Shown here: piece by piece, positions 8,814-16,968 of the stretch | Numbering within the stretch: position 1 is the stretch's first letter | Layout of the letters: each line of letters starts with the position of its first letter | Assembly: GCA_040905425.1 (NCBI GenBank) | Contig: JBBDRO010000032.1 | Coordinates: 63,726-127,725, forward strand | Source: Gemmatimonadota bacterium | Lineage (GTDB): Bacteria > Gemmatimonadota > Gemmatimonadetes > Longimicrobiales > RSA9 | DNA length: 64,000 nucleotides | Direction of reading: 5' to 3' | Translations under genes and position numbers: made by a program | The notes under the pieces: model-generated | What the model was told of the DNA's origin: nothing | What the model saw: the letters and a program-made list of their open reading frames with translations, nothing else | Databases searched by the model: none

Positions 8814-10113
8814 GGCCCGGAGGCGGCTACCATGCCGGAGGACGCGACCGGGCGCACAGGCCGGGCCTGTACTGCTTGTCCTGCTGGCCGCCGCGTGCGG
8901 CCAGCAGGCCGCCGACCCCCTGGCCGCCTACGTCAACGTCCGTGACAGCGCCGGCATCCAGATCGTGGAGAACGGCCCGCTGGCCAGTGTGGACACGCTG
9001 GGGATCGTGGTGGACAGCGCCGGGCGCATGCGCATCGGACTGGTGGATGGGGACGCGCCGTACCTCTTCGAGCGGATCGTGGCGGCCACCCGGCTCAGCG
9101 ATGGACGCATTGCCATTGGTGAATCCGGCAGCGCCGAGATCCGCTTTTTTGATGATGAGGGCCGTTTCCTGTCGGCGGAGGGCGGCAAGGGCGGCGGTCC
9201 GGGTGAGTACGTCAACTTCTACAACTTTCATCCGTTGCGGGCCGATTCCTTGCTGATCGTGGATTATGAGGGTCTGCGCTGGCACTTCGCCGGCAGCGAC
9301 GGCGTGCCGGGGTGGCGGCGGGAGGCGCCGCGCTACCCGCCCACGCGGGGCACCTACTCTCCAAGCTACCGCCTGCGGGACACCTATGCCGATGGCACCC
9401 TGCTGGTGTCCCGCGGGGTGCCCTCCGGCTGCCCGCCCTACCAGCCCGATCTGAGCGTCCTCTGCACCGATTCCATCCGGCTCCTGCGCATGGACCGCGC
9501 GGGCGAGGTGCTGGCGGATTTTGGTGTTAGCGCCTCCACCACGGTGTATTCCTGGCGCGCGGCCGGCGGTCCAAGCATTAGCCTGACCAATCTGTACGGG
9601 GACGGCCGTTCCCTGGTGGCCGGGATGCAGACGTACATTGCCCACGGGAGCGTGCTGGAGCTGCGTCGCTTTGATCCCGATGGACGCCTCGTGCGGATCG
9701 TACGCATTGCGGAGCCGGCTCATCCGATGCCCGAGTCATGGCCGATGCCGCCCGTCACGGATGAGGAGAGTCGGATCCTCGCGGCGCGCTTGCAGGAGGC
9801 CTTCGAGGCTGCGCCCAAGCCGCCCCATTTCCCGATGTTCACGGACATCGTGACGGAGCGCGTTTCCGGTAGCCTGTGGATCCGCCTGGCTGCACCGCCC
9901 GGGCAGGAGGCGCGGGCAGGACTGCGTTGGGCCGTGGTGGACTCCGCCGGCGTCCTGCGGCACGTGATCCGTACACCCAATCTTGCGGGGCCGTCACCCT
10001 TCAGCCTGGTGCCCACGATAGAGATCGGCCAGGACCACCTCCTGAACATCGCTCGCGACTCGTTCCAGGTGCCGGTGGTGGACCTCTACCCCATCGTGCG
10101 CCGGGAACCGTAG
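8806..10113 (+). CDS. 6-bladed beta-propeller lipoprotein, tandem copy C
   Basis: ATG start overlaps the previous stop (ATGGCTGA); lipobox LAAAC; same conserved motifs. Confidence 0.8.
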   Translation: MAEARRRLPCRRTRPGAQAGPVLLVLLAAACGQQAADPLAAYVNVRDSAGIQIVENGPLASVDTLGIVVDSAGRMRIGLVDGDAPYLFERIVAATRLSDGRIAIGESGSAEIRFFDDEGRFLSAEGGKGGGPGEYVNFYNFHPLRADSLLIVDYEGLRWHFAGSDGVPGWRREAPRYPPTRGTYSPSYRLRDTYADGTLLVSRGVPSGCPPYQPDLSVLCTDSIRLLRMDRAGEVLADFGVSASTTVYSWRAAGGPSISLTNLYGDGRSLVAGMQTYIAHGSVLELRRFDPDGRLVRIVRIAEPAHPMPESWPMPPVTDEESRILAARLQEAFEAAPKPPHFPMFTDIVTERVSGSLWIRLAAPPGQEARAGLRWAVVDSAGVLRHVIRTPNLAGPSPFSLVPTIEIGQDHLLNIARDSFQVPVVDLYPIVRREP

Positions 10114-10159
10114 ATGGCTCAACCCGGTTCGTGAAGCATACACCGTTACTGGAGACCCG

Positions 10160-10771
10160 ATGATCAAACGCTTTCTGGGACTGTCCGCGGCTCTGGCCAT
10201 GCTCACCATTGCGCCCGCTACGGCCCAGGAGGTCCCGCCGCTCGGCCCCAAGGACGGCACCGACCTGCCACCTACCGATCTGGAGCGTGTGACGGTGGGC
10301 ATGGCCGCGCCCGACTTCACCCTGCAGCGCCACGGCGGCGGCACGGTGACGCTCTCCCAGTTCCGCGGTGCCAAGCGTGTGATCCTGGTCTTCTACCGCG
10401 GACACTGGTGACCGTACTGCCAACGGCAGCTAGGTGAGCTGCGTGACCTCCTGGACGATGAGCTCCGGGCGAACACGGAACTGCTGGTCGTCTCCGTGGA
10501 CGGCGAGCGGGAGACGGCCATCAGCGTGGCACGGATCGCGGCGGCCGGCACGCAGCCGGACTTCTCGTTCCTCTACGATCCGGACCACAAAGTCATCGAT
10601 CGCTACGGCCTGCTGAATCCGGCGGGCAGCCGGCAGGGGATTCCGCATCCGGCCACGTACGTGATCGACGAGGAGGGGGTCGTGCGCTGGCGCTTCGTGG
10701 AGACGGACTACACGGTGCGGGCGTCGAACGAGGCCATCCTGGCCGCGCTACGCGGCCTGGGCGGGGGCTGA
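10160..10771 (+). CDS. Exported AhpC/TSA (peroxiredoxin-like) protein, probable selenoprotein with UxxC
   Basis: ORFs 10160..10411 and 10496..10771 are the same frame; reading through TGA 10409-10411 gives APDFTL...VILVFYRGHW-U-PYCQRQLGEL...LLVVSVD...FLYDPDHKVIDRYG...PHPATYVIDEEGVVRW, a complete Prx-like thioredoxin fold. Confidence 0.88.
10412..10445 (+). promoter_or_regulatory. Candidate bacterial SECIS element
   Basis: Stem GCAGCT (10426-10431) / AGCTGC (10437-10442) with G-containing loop AGGTG, starting about 20 nt after the UGA. Confidence 0.6.
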
Positions 10772-10851
10772 CGAGCCGCACCGGTCGTCGCCCCCGCCCC
10801 GGGGGATATGGCTCGACCCGGCCGGCCCCTCGGGAGCGGGGGGCACCCTGA

Positions 10852-11604
10852 TCAGCCGCCTTCCAGCATCTCCCCGGTATCCTCCCACCGCCAGGTGGCC
10901 AGGATGGTGGCCATGCGCGGGCCCATGCCGTCGCCGTACTCGGGCGGGTAGCGGTAGAGCACGTGGAAGAACCGGTCCCCGTGGCGGCCCAGGCCGAGGG
11001 CGCCCACGAAGCGCGGCTGGCCGGTGGGCGGCATCTGGAAGGCGCGCTCGAGCAGCGCCCAGGAGAAGCGGTCGGTGCGGGACGTGCCGGCGTCGGCCAC
11101 ATCCTCCTCCTGGCTGCCCTGGCTCACGGGCACCTGCAGGCCGGTGAGGATGCCCCGCACCATGGTGCGCGCCTCTTCCTCGGTGGTGCCCGGGGGATGC
11201 GCGTAGATGTGCAGGAAGGCGGCGCTGTCCGCTACGCCGGTGAAGTTGGCGGCCACCCGCACGGCGGCGCCTCCGTCGGCGGCGAAGCGCTCGGGGGTGA
11301 GCCCCTCGGGCACGTAGAAGCTCAGGGGCAGGCCGGCGGAATCCTCCCAGGTGAAGAGCCGCAGCGTGATGGGCTCGGGCATGCCTTCCACCGCCAGCGT
11401 GTCCACCATGGTGGCCGGCCGCTCGGGCAGCTCGGCGGCCCCGGTCGTCGCCGCCTCCTCGTCCGCGCCCGGCTGGCAGCCGATGGCGAACAGGCCGGCC
11501 AGCAGCAGGCCGGCGCGGCGGCTGAAAGCGCGGCCGAACCGGCTGCCGAAGCGGCGCATCGGACCGCGCATCGGGTGGCGCGGGGCGGGGCGAAGATAGC
11601 GCAT
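10852..11604 (-). CDS. Hypothetical lipoprotein
   Basis: GAGGT RBS; basic N-terminus, hydrophobic stretch and FAIGC lipobox; typical codon bias; start could be 11559. Confidence 0.7.
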   Translation of the reverse strand: MRYLRPAPRHPMRGPMRRFGSRFGRAFSRRAGLLLAGLFAIGCQPGADEEAATTGAAELPERPATMVDTLAVEGMPEPITLRLFTWEDSAGLPLSFYVPEGLTPERFAADGGAAVRVAANFTGVADSAAFLHIYAHPPGTTEEEARTMVRGILTGLQVPVSQGSQEEDVADAGTSRTDRFSWALLERAFQMPPTGQPRFVGALGLGRHGDRFFHVLYRYPPEYGDGMGPRMATILATWRWEDTGEMLEGG

Positions 11605-11661
11605 GAGACCTCGGAGCTAGGGGGCACGCGTGGCGCGGCGCGCAGCATGGAAGAAACGCGC

Positions 11662-11677
11662 CGGCACGGCCGATGCT
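11662..11677 (+). promoter_or_regulatory. sigma54-like -24/-12 promoter
   Basis: CGGCACGGCCGATGCT (GG-N10-GC) about 40 nt upstream of ATG 11716. Confidence 0.5.
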
Positions 11678-11715
11678 TCGCTTGGACGGCAGCGAAACCC
11701 CAGCCAGGAGGAGTC

Positions 11716-12012
11716 ATGCCCAGAACCATCGAAGCGGACGGCGACCGGTGGGAGGTGCGGGCGGAGATGACGGACGCGCGGCCGGACGCGCACGCCTTGG
11801 TCTTCCATTGCGTCAGCAATCGCCAGCGCCCCTACCAGGTGGCGGAGGTGCCGGCCGCGGATTGGGACGGGCGGGACGTGGACGGGTTCGAGGAGGAGGA
11901 CCTGCGCCGCCTCTTCGCGGGCTCGCAACCGCTCGACTATACGCACGACGCGGACGCCGATGACCCGGACTGGCCGGGCCTGCGCGCGGACCCGGGCGCC
12001 GAAAGGGAGTGA
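11716..12012 (+). CDS. Small acidic hypothetical protein (98 aa)
   Basis: AGGAGGAG RBS before ATG; MPRTIEADGDRWEV...LVFHCVSNRQRPY...EEDLRRLF. Confidence 0.75.
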   Translation: MPRTIEADGDRWEVRAEMTDARPDAHALVFHCVSNRQRPYQVAEVPAADWDGRDVDGFEEEDLRRLFAGSQPLDYTHDADADDPDWPGLRADPGAERE

Positions 12013-12206
12013 GCGGCCGATCGCGAGCGGCGTGAGCCGGCATCACCGTGGCAGGGTGCCATGGCCAGGGAGGCCCCGCGCACGCGCAGACGAGCGAAGT
12101 GCAGGGCGGGCGCGTCGCGCACATGATCCGGCGGCCCCGCGCATGCGCAAGCGGGCGGGGCCCAGGAACGATGATGGGTGCCGCGGAAGGTGACGCCCCT
12201 CGTCGC

Positions 12207-12761
12207 TTACCCGATCTCGACGAGTCCTTCGTACATGGGGTTGGTCACGATGTCCCCGTCCTCGTTGACCACCACGCGGTCCCACGGGAAGATGGCGGTG
12301 GCGTCCGTCTCCAGGGCGTAGAAGTCGGGGCGGTGGCCGCCCACCTTCACCAGGCTCGTGGCCGTGCGGATCTCCTCGGGACCGACCTGGCGGAGGGCGT
12401 TGGTGGCCATGCGCAGCGTCTCACCCGAGGTGCATACCTCGTCCACGATGAGCACGCGGCGGCCCCGCGCCTCCTTGGGCGCGGCGGAGAGGATGCGCGG
12501 CCGTGCTGCGGGGGTCATGCCTTCCACGTCCCGGCTGATCTTGAGCGAGAAGAAGTCCTTGCGGAGGATCGAGGCCACCACCGCGCCGGGGATCACGCCG
12601 GCCTTGGCAATGCCCACGATGATCTCGGGCTGCCAGCCGCTGCGCGCTACCTTGAGCGCCAGGCCGCGACAGAGCTCGCCGAAGAATTCCCAGCCCATAT
12701 CCAGCACGCCGTTGTCGGGCGTGCCACCTGCGCGGTTGTCGGCCAGACCAGGGGCGAGCAT
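12207..12761 (-). CDS. Type I phosphoribosyltransferase (purine PRT-like)
   Basis: GGAGG RBS; IIVGIAKAGVIPG and PRPP-binding loop RVLIVDEVCTSGETL. Confidence 0.85.
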   Translation of the reverse strand: MLAPGLADNRAGGTPDNGVLDMGWEFFGELCRGLALKVARSGWQPEIIVGIAKAGVIPGAVVASILRKDFFSLKISRDVEGMTPAARPRILSAAPKEARGRRVLIVDEVCTSGETLRMATNALRQVGPEEIRTATSLVKVGGHRPDFYALETDATAIFPWDRVVVNEDGDIVTNPMYEGLVEIG

Positions 12762-12863
12762 GACGTCCTCCGGGGTGTGTGAGGTGCGGGCCGCAACATA
12801 GCGGCGGGCGGTTGGCGGGGAAACCGGTTGACCCCCCGCCTCCGCTCCCGCATCCTCCAGGCC

Positions 12864-13307
12864 ATGACGAACGACGAGCAGCGCGCGCGCGCTGACGAGA
12901 AGCTCGAGGCCGCACTGGCGGCGCGCTCCCTGGCCGACCCGCGGCCCTGGCTGCGCGACCGCCTCCGCCTGCTCCGGGAGCGGACTCCGCAGGCCTTCGA
13001 GGCGGCGCTGGCGCACTACCAGGGTGAGCTCCTGCCGGCGGTGGCGGGTGGCGCCGACCCGGTGGCGGCGTGGATCGGTTACGGCCGCGCGCTGGGCGAG
13101 TGGACCGCGCCGGGCCGCACGGTGGCGGTGGATCCCTCGGGCCGGGCCCGTGCCTGGGAGGCGCCCCACAGCGACGACCTGCTGGTGCTCCACCTGCCCG
13201 AGGCGGCGGAGGCGCCGGCGCTGTGCATCCTTGGGCCCGCGCGCCCCACGCCGGCGCAGCGGGCGGCGCTGGAGCTGCTGGTGCTGGGGCGGGAGGCACC
13301 GGGATGA
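12864..13307 (+). CDS. Hypothetical protein
   Basis: ATG 12864, GC3-biased ORF filling the gap between the PRT gene and rho. Confidence 0.65.
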   Translation: MTNDEQRARADEKLEAALAARSLADPRPWLRDRLRLLRERTPQAFEAALAHYQGELLPAVAGGADPVAAWIGYGRALGEWTAPGRTVAVDPSGRARAWEAPHSDDLLVLHLPEAAEAPALCILGPARPTPAQRAALELLVLGREAPG

Positions 13308-13380
13308 GGGGATGGGGCCGGTACCGCCGGAGCGGGCAGCACTGAGGCCGCCGCCCGGCAGCCGGCCTCCAAAGCACACG

Positions 13381-13410
13381 AGCGCGGAGCCTCCGAGGAA
13401 GCTCCGCGCT
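13381..13410. terminator. Hairpin between convergent genes (downstream of rho)
   Basis: AGCGCGGAGC ... GCTCCGCGCT inverted repeat. Confidence 0.5.
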
Positions 13411-13438
13411 CGCGCAATGGGGGAGGCGTGTCCCTTCG

Positions 13439-14689
13439 TCAGCCGCGCGCCATGCTGTCCAGGAACTCCTTGTTGGTCTTCGTCCGCTTCATGCGGTCCA
13501 GCAGGAACTCCAGCGCCTCCGCCGGCGGCATGTCCGCCAGGAAGTTGCGCAGCAGGTAGACCCGGTTGAGCTCCACCTCGTCGAGCAGCAGCTCTTCCTT
13601 GCGCGTGCCGGAACGGTTGATGTCCACGGCCGGGAAGATGCGCTTGTCGGAGATGTGGCGATCCAGCACCACTTCCATGTTGCCGGTGCCCTTGAACTCC
13701 TCGAAGATCACCTCATCCATGCGCGAGCCCGTCTCGATCAGCGCGGTGGCGATGATGGTCAGCGAGCCGCCCTGGTCGATGTTGCGGGCGGCGCCGAAGA
13801 AGCGCTTGGGCTTGTGCAGCGCGTTGGCGTCCACACCGCCCGAGAGGATCTTCCCGGAGTGGGGGACGGTGACGTTGTAGGCGCGGGCCAGACGGGTGAT
13901 GGAGTCCAGCAGGATCACCACGTCCTTGCCGTGCTCCACCAGGCGCTTGGCCTTCTCGATGACCATCTCCGCCACCTGCGTGTGGCGGTCGGCGGGCTCG
14001 TCGAAGGTGGAGGAGATGACCTCCGCCGGGACGTGCTCCTCCATGTCCGTGACCTCCTCGGGCCGCTCGTCGATGAGCAGCACGATGAGGTGCACGTCCG
14101 GATGGTTCTCGATGATGGCGTTGGCCATCTTCTGCATGAGCATCGTCTTACCGGCCTTCGGCGGCGAGACGATGAGCCCGCGCTGTCCCTTCCCGATCGG
14201 CACCACCAGGTCCATGAGACGCATGGAGATGTCTTCGTTTTCGGTCTCCAGGTGGAGCCGACTCTCGGGGTAGCGCGGGCGCAGATTGTCGAAGGCGATC
14301 CGGTGCTTGGCGCGGTCCGGGTCGTCCATGTTGACGGCTTCCACCTTGAGCAGCGCCAGGTACCGCTCGCCCTCCTTGGGTGGACGCACCTGCCCCATGA
14401 CGGTATCACCGGTGCGCAGGTCGAACCGCTTTATCTGGGACGGGGAGACGTAGATGTCATCAGGGCCGTAGAGGTAGTTCCAGTCCTGCGAACGGAGGAA
14501 GCCGTAGCCCTCCGGCAGGATCTCGAGCACACCCTCACCTCGCAGGACCACGTCGCTGTCCAGGAGGTTCTGTTCGATACGGAAGATCAGGTCCTGCTTA
14601 CGCAGGCCTGAATAATTCGAGATGTTGAGCTCCTCCGCCATGTCATGCAGTTCGGCGATGGACTTGCTCTTGAGCTCCGCGATGTCCAC
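13439..14689 (-). CDS. rho: Transcription termination factor Rho
   Basis: [54 protein letters not shown]. Confidence 0.99.
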   Translation of the reverse strand: MDIAELKSKSIAELHDMAEELNISNYSGLRKQDLIFRIEQNLLDSDVVLRGEGVLEILPEGYGFLRSQDWNYLYGPDDIYVSPSQIKRFDLRTGDTVMGQVRPPKEGERYLALLKVEAVNMDDPDRAKHRIAFDNLRPRYPESRLHLETENEDISMRLMDLVVPIGKGQRGLIVSPPKAGKTMLMQKMANAIIENHPDVHLIVLLIDERPEEVTDMEEHVPAEVISSTFDEPADRHTQVAEMVIEKAKRLVEHGKDVVILLDSITRLARAYNVTVPHSGKILSGGVDANALHKPKRFFGAARNIDQGGSLTIIATALIETGSRMDEVIFEEFKGTGNMEVVLDRHISDKRIFPAVDINRSGTRKEELLLDEVELNRVYLLRNFLADMPPAEALEFLLDRMKRTKTNKEFLDSMARG

Positions 14690-14850
14690 GGGTCAGTTGC
14701 TCCGGGAATGCGTACGTATGAGGGAACCGGTGGGCTTCACCGTCGCGCTGGGTTCGTTTGAGGAAAGCGTCGTATTGAACCTGGGTCGGGCCGGCACCGG
14801 AACGGCACCGGTGGACGGGGAGGCAGTCCGGATCTGTTGGCGATTACTGT

Positions 14851-14879
14851 AGTCTACGGTGTGGGCGGGGTCCGGTCAA
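14851..14879 (-). promoter_or_regulatory. sigma70-type promoter of rho
   Basis: Minus strand TTGACC-17 nt-TAGACT, giving a ~155-nt leader. Confidence 0.65.
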
Positions 14880-15013
14880 GGGCCTTGCGGCCGCGCGGAG
14901 CAACGTCTTGATCGCGCCGCGGACCTGCCGGTGCCCGCGCGCCGCTTGACAGCCGCGTGCGCCGCGGGAATGTTCCCCTTCCCAAACCCACCTCAATACC
15001 CTGTGGAGGCGGC

Positions 15014-15397
15014 ATGGCACGCCACAACCGGGACGGTCGGGGCACCGATCAGCGCGGCGAGGACTACGAGATCGGCTACCAGCCCGACTGGCTGAAGCAG
15101 ATCAAGGTGACCCGTAACCTGGAAAGCGGCCGCCAGTCCACCAAGACGCTGTTCCGCAACCCTGGCTTCAAGGAACAGCCGCCAGGGCAGAAGGTGCGCA
15201 CGCGCATCCGCTGCCCCCGGCAGAAGCTGGACTTCGAGATCAGCGTAGACGACCCGCGCGGCATCGTCACGCGCATCACCGTGGAGACCGTGCTGCCGGA
15301 CAGCGACGGCGACACGGTCATGTTCTCCATCGAGGAGGAGCTGCCGCCCCCGAACGGGGACGACGGCGATCCGGACGGCGACGGCGGCGGCAACTGA
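15014..15397 (+). CDS. Hypothetical soluble protein with Pro/Asp/Gly tail
   Basis: GGAGG RBS; strong GC3 bias; TTGACA at 14946 upstream. Confidence 0.8.
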   Translation: MARHNRDGRGTDQRGEDYEIGYQPDWLKQIKVTRNLESGRQSTKTLFRNPGFKEQPPGQKVRTRIRCPRQKLDFEISVDDPRGIVTRITVETVLPDSDGDTVMFSIEEELPPPNGDDGDPDGDGGGN

Positions 15398-15409
15398 GGC
15401 CGGCGCCCG

Positions 15410-16126
15410 GTGGCGGCGCTCCTCCTCGGCACCCACGCCCTCCGGCTCCTGCTGGCCGGGCTGCTGTGCGCCGTCCTGCTCCGTCGGGGCGGCGCCCTGT
15501 CCCGCCAGGCGCGCGCGGGATGGCTGCTCCTGGCGGCGTTCTATGTAATCCTGGCGCTGGACAACCTCCTCATCGAGGGGCTGCGCCGCACCCTCGGCGG
15601 CGGTCACGCCGGCTACCTCCGGTTCTACAGCCAGACCTACCTGCTGAACTCCATCCTGAGCTACGCCCTGCCCGCCGCGCTGCTCGCGGTGCTCGCCGAC
15701 GTCCGGGGCCTGCGCATCGGCGCGGGCGTGGCGGCCGTGGCGCTGGGCGCGGGCGGCGCCATGGTGGCCGTGGGCCAACCGCCGGAGAGCTGGGCGGCGC
15801 TCTTCAACGTGACGCGCGTCCTCTCGCTCCTGGGCATTGCCGGCTACCTGGTGTTCGTGGGGCTGCAGGTGCTCGGCCGCCTGCCGGCCGCGGGGCGCCA
15901 CCTGGGCGCCGTGGTGGGGATCCGCGCGGCGTTCGTGCTGCTGGTACCGGTCAACGAGGCGTTCTTCGACTGGCTCGAACGCAGCCGGGCGGCGGGCGCC
16001 GTCCCCGTGGAAACCACGCTGGCTGACTACTGGTTCCTGCTGCAGCTTCTGCAGCTCGTGGCCACGCTGGCCCAGGTGGCCGTGGTGGCCCATTTCCTCC
16101 GGCGCACGCCCCCTGCGCGCCGATGA
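15410..16126 (+). CDS. Stand-alone ~7-TM membrane protein
   Basis: About seven hydrophobic segments; stop overlaps the next start (ATGA). Confidence 0.75.
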   Translation: MAALLLGTHALRLLLAGLLCAVLLRRGGALSRQARAGWLLLAAFYVILALDNLLIEGLRRTLGGGHAGYLRFYSQTYLLNSILSYALPAALLAVLADVRGLRIGAGVAAVALGAGGAMVAVGQPPESWAALFNVTRVLSLLGIAGYLVFVGLQVLGRLPAAGRHLGAVVGIRAAFVLLVPVNEAFFDWLERSRAAGAVPVETTLADYWFLLQLLQLVATLAQVAVVAHFLRRTPPARR

Positions 16127-16959
16127 CCTCCCTGTTCACGGTGCTGCTCCTGCAGGCGCCACCGCTCCGCCTGCTCTGGATCAACGCCGGCATCCTCCTC
16201 CTGCTGCTCACTTTCGTGTCCGTGATCGTCACCGTGCTGGTGCGGCGCAGCATCCGCCAGCGCGTGGAGGCGGAGCGGGTGAGCGCCATGGCAACGGCGT
16301 CGGCGCGCATCCTCCATCAGGTCAAGAATCCGCTCTCCAGCCTGCTGCTGCACGCGGAGTTGCTGGGGGACGCGCGTACGGCCGGCACGGAGGGCGAGCG
16401 GCGCGAGGCGGGCGACGCGGTGCTCCAGGAGGGAGCCCGCGTGCGGGAGCTGCTGGAGGAGCTGTCCGCCTTCGCGCAGGGGCGGCGCCGGGACCTGGAT
16501 CTTGCGCCCGTGCCGCTTCATGAGCTGGTGGCGGCCGCGGCCTCTTCCGAGGGGCGCGCCGCCCGCCACGAGGGCATCGAGGTGGTGACCGAACGCCTGG
16601 ACGAAGTGGATGTGCTGGCCGATGTGTATTTCCTGCGCCAGGCCGTGGACAACCTGATCCGCAACGCGCGCGAAGCGCTGGCGGAGCACGGCGCCCGCGG
16701 CGGCGCGCCCCGGGTGAGGGTGAGCGTACGGCGGGCGGGCAGGGAAGCGCTGGTGGAGATCGCGGACAATGGGCCGGGCATCCCGCCGGCCGAGCGCGCG
16801 GCCGTCTTCGAGCCGTTCCATACGAGCAAGCATCGGGGCATGGGGCTGGGCCTGCCGGTGTGCCGGGAGATCGCGGCGGGGCACGGGGGGCGGCTGGAGT
16901 TGAGAGAAGCGCGGGGCGGTGGCGCGCGCTTCGTCCTGGCGCTACCGATCGAGCGGTGA
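16123..16959 (+). CDS. Sensor histidine kinase (HisKA + HATPase_c) lacking its own sensor domain
   Basis: ILHQVKNPL H-box, NLIRNA N-box, DNGPGI, FEPF, GMGLGL; only an N-terminal membrane anchor. Confidence 0.9.
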   Translation: MTSLFTVLLLQAPPLRLLWINAGILLLLLTFVSVIVTVLVRRSIRQRVEAERVSAMATASARILHQVKNPLSSLLLHAELLGDARTAGTEGERREAGDAVLQEGARVRELLEELSAFAQGRRRDLDLAPVPLHELVAAAASSEGRAARHEGIEVVTERLDEVDVLADVYFLRQAVDNLIRNAREALAEHGARGGAPRVRVSVRRAGREALVEIADNGPGIPPAERAAVFEPFHTSKHRGMGLGLPVCREIAAGHGGRLELREARGGGARFVLALPIER

Positions 16960-16968
16960 GCCTGCCGC

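Noticed and set aside
6194..10113. Diversity-generating retroelement or CRISPR-like explanation for the repeats
   Set aside because: No reverse transcriptase or cas gene; differences are not obviously adenine-specific; the repeats are long coding segments without spacers
10160..10771. Pseudogene or two-gene reading of the Prx-like locus
   Set aside because: The stop falls exactly on the redox Cys position, both halves look intact and a SECIS-like hairpin follows; Sec recoding is more economical, pending sel genes
15410..16126. Microbial rhodopsin
   Set aside because: No retinal-binding Lys motif in the last helix; the protein contains no Lys at all
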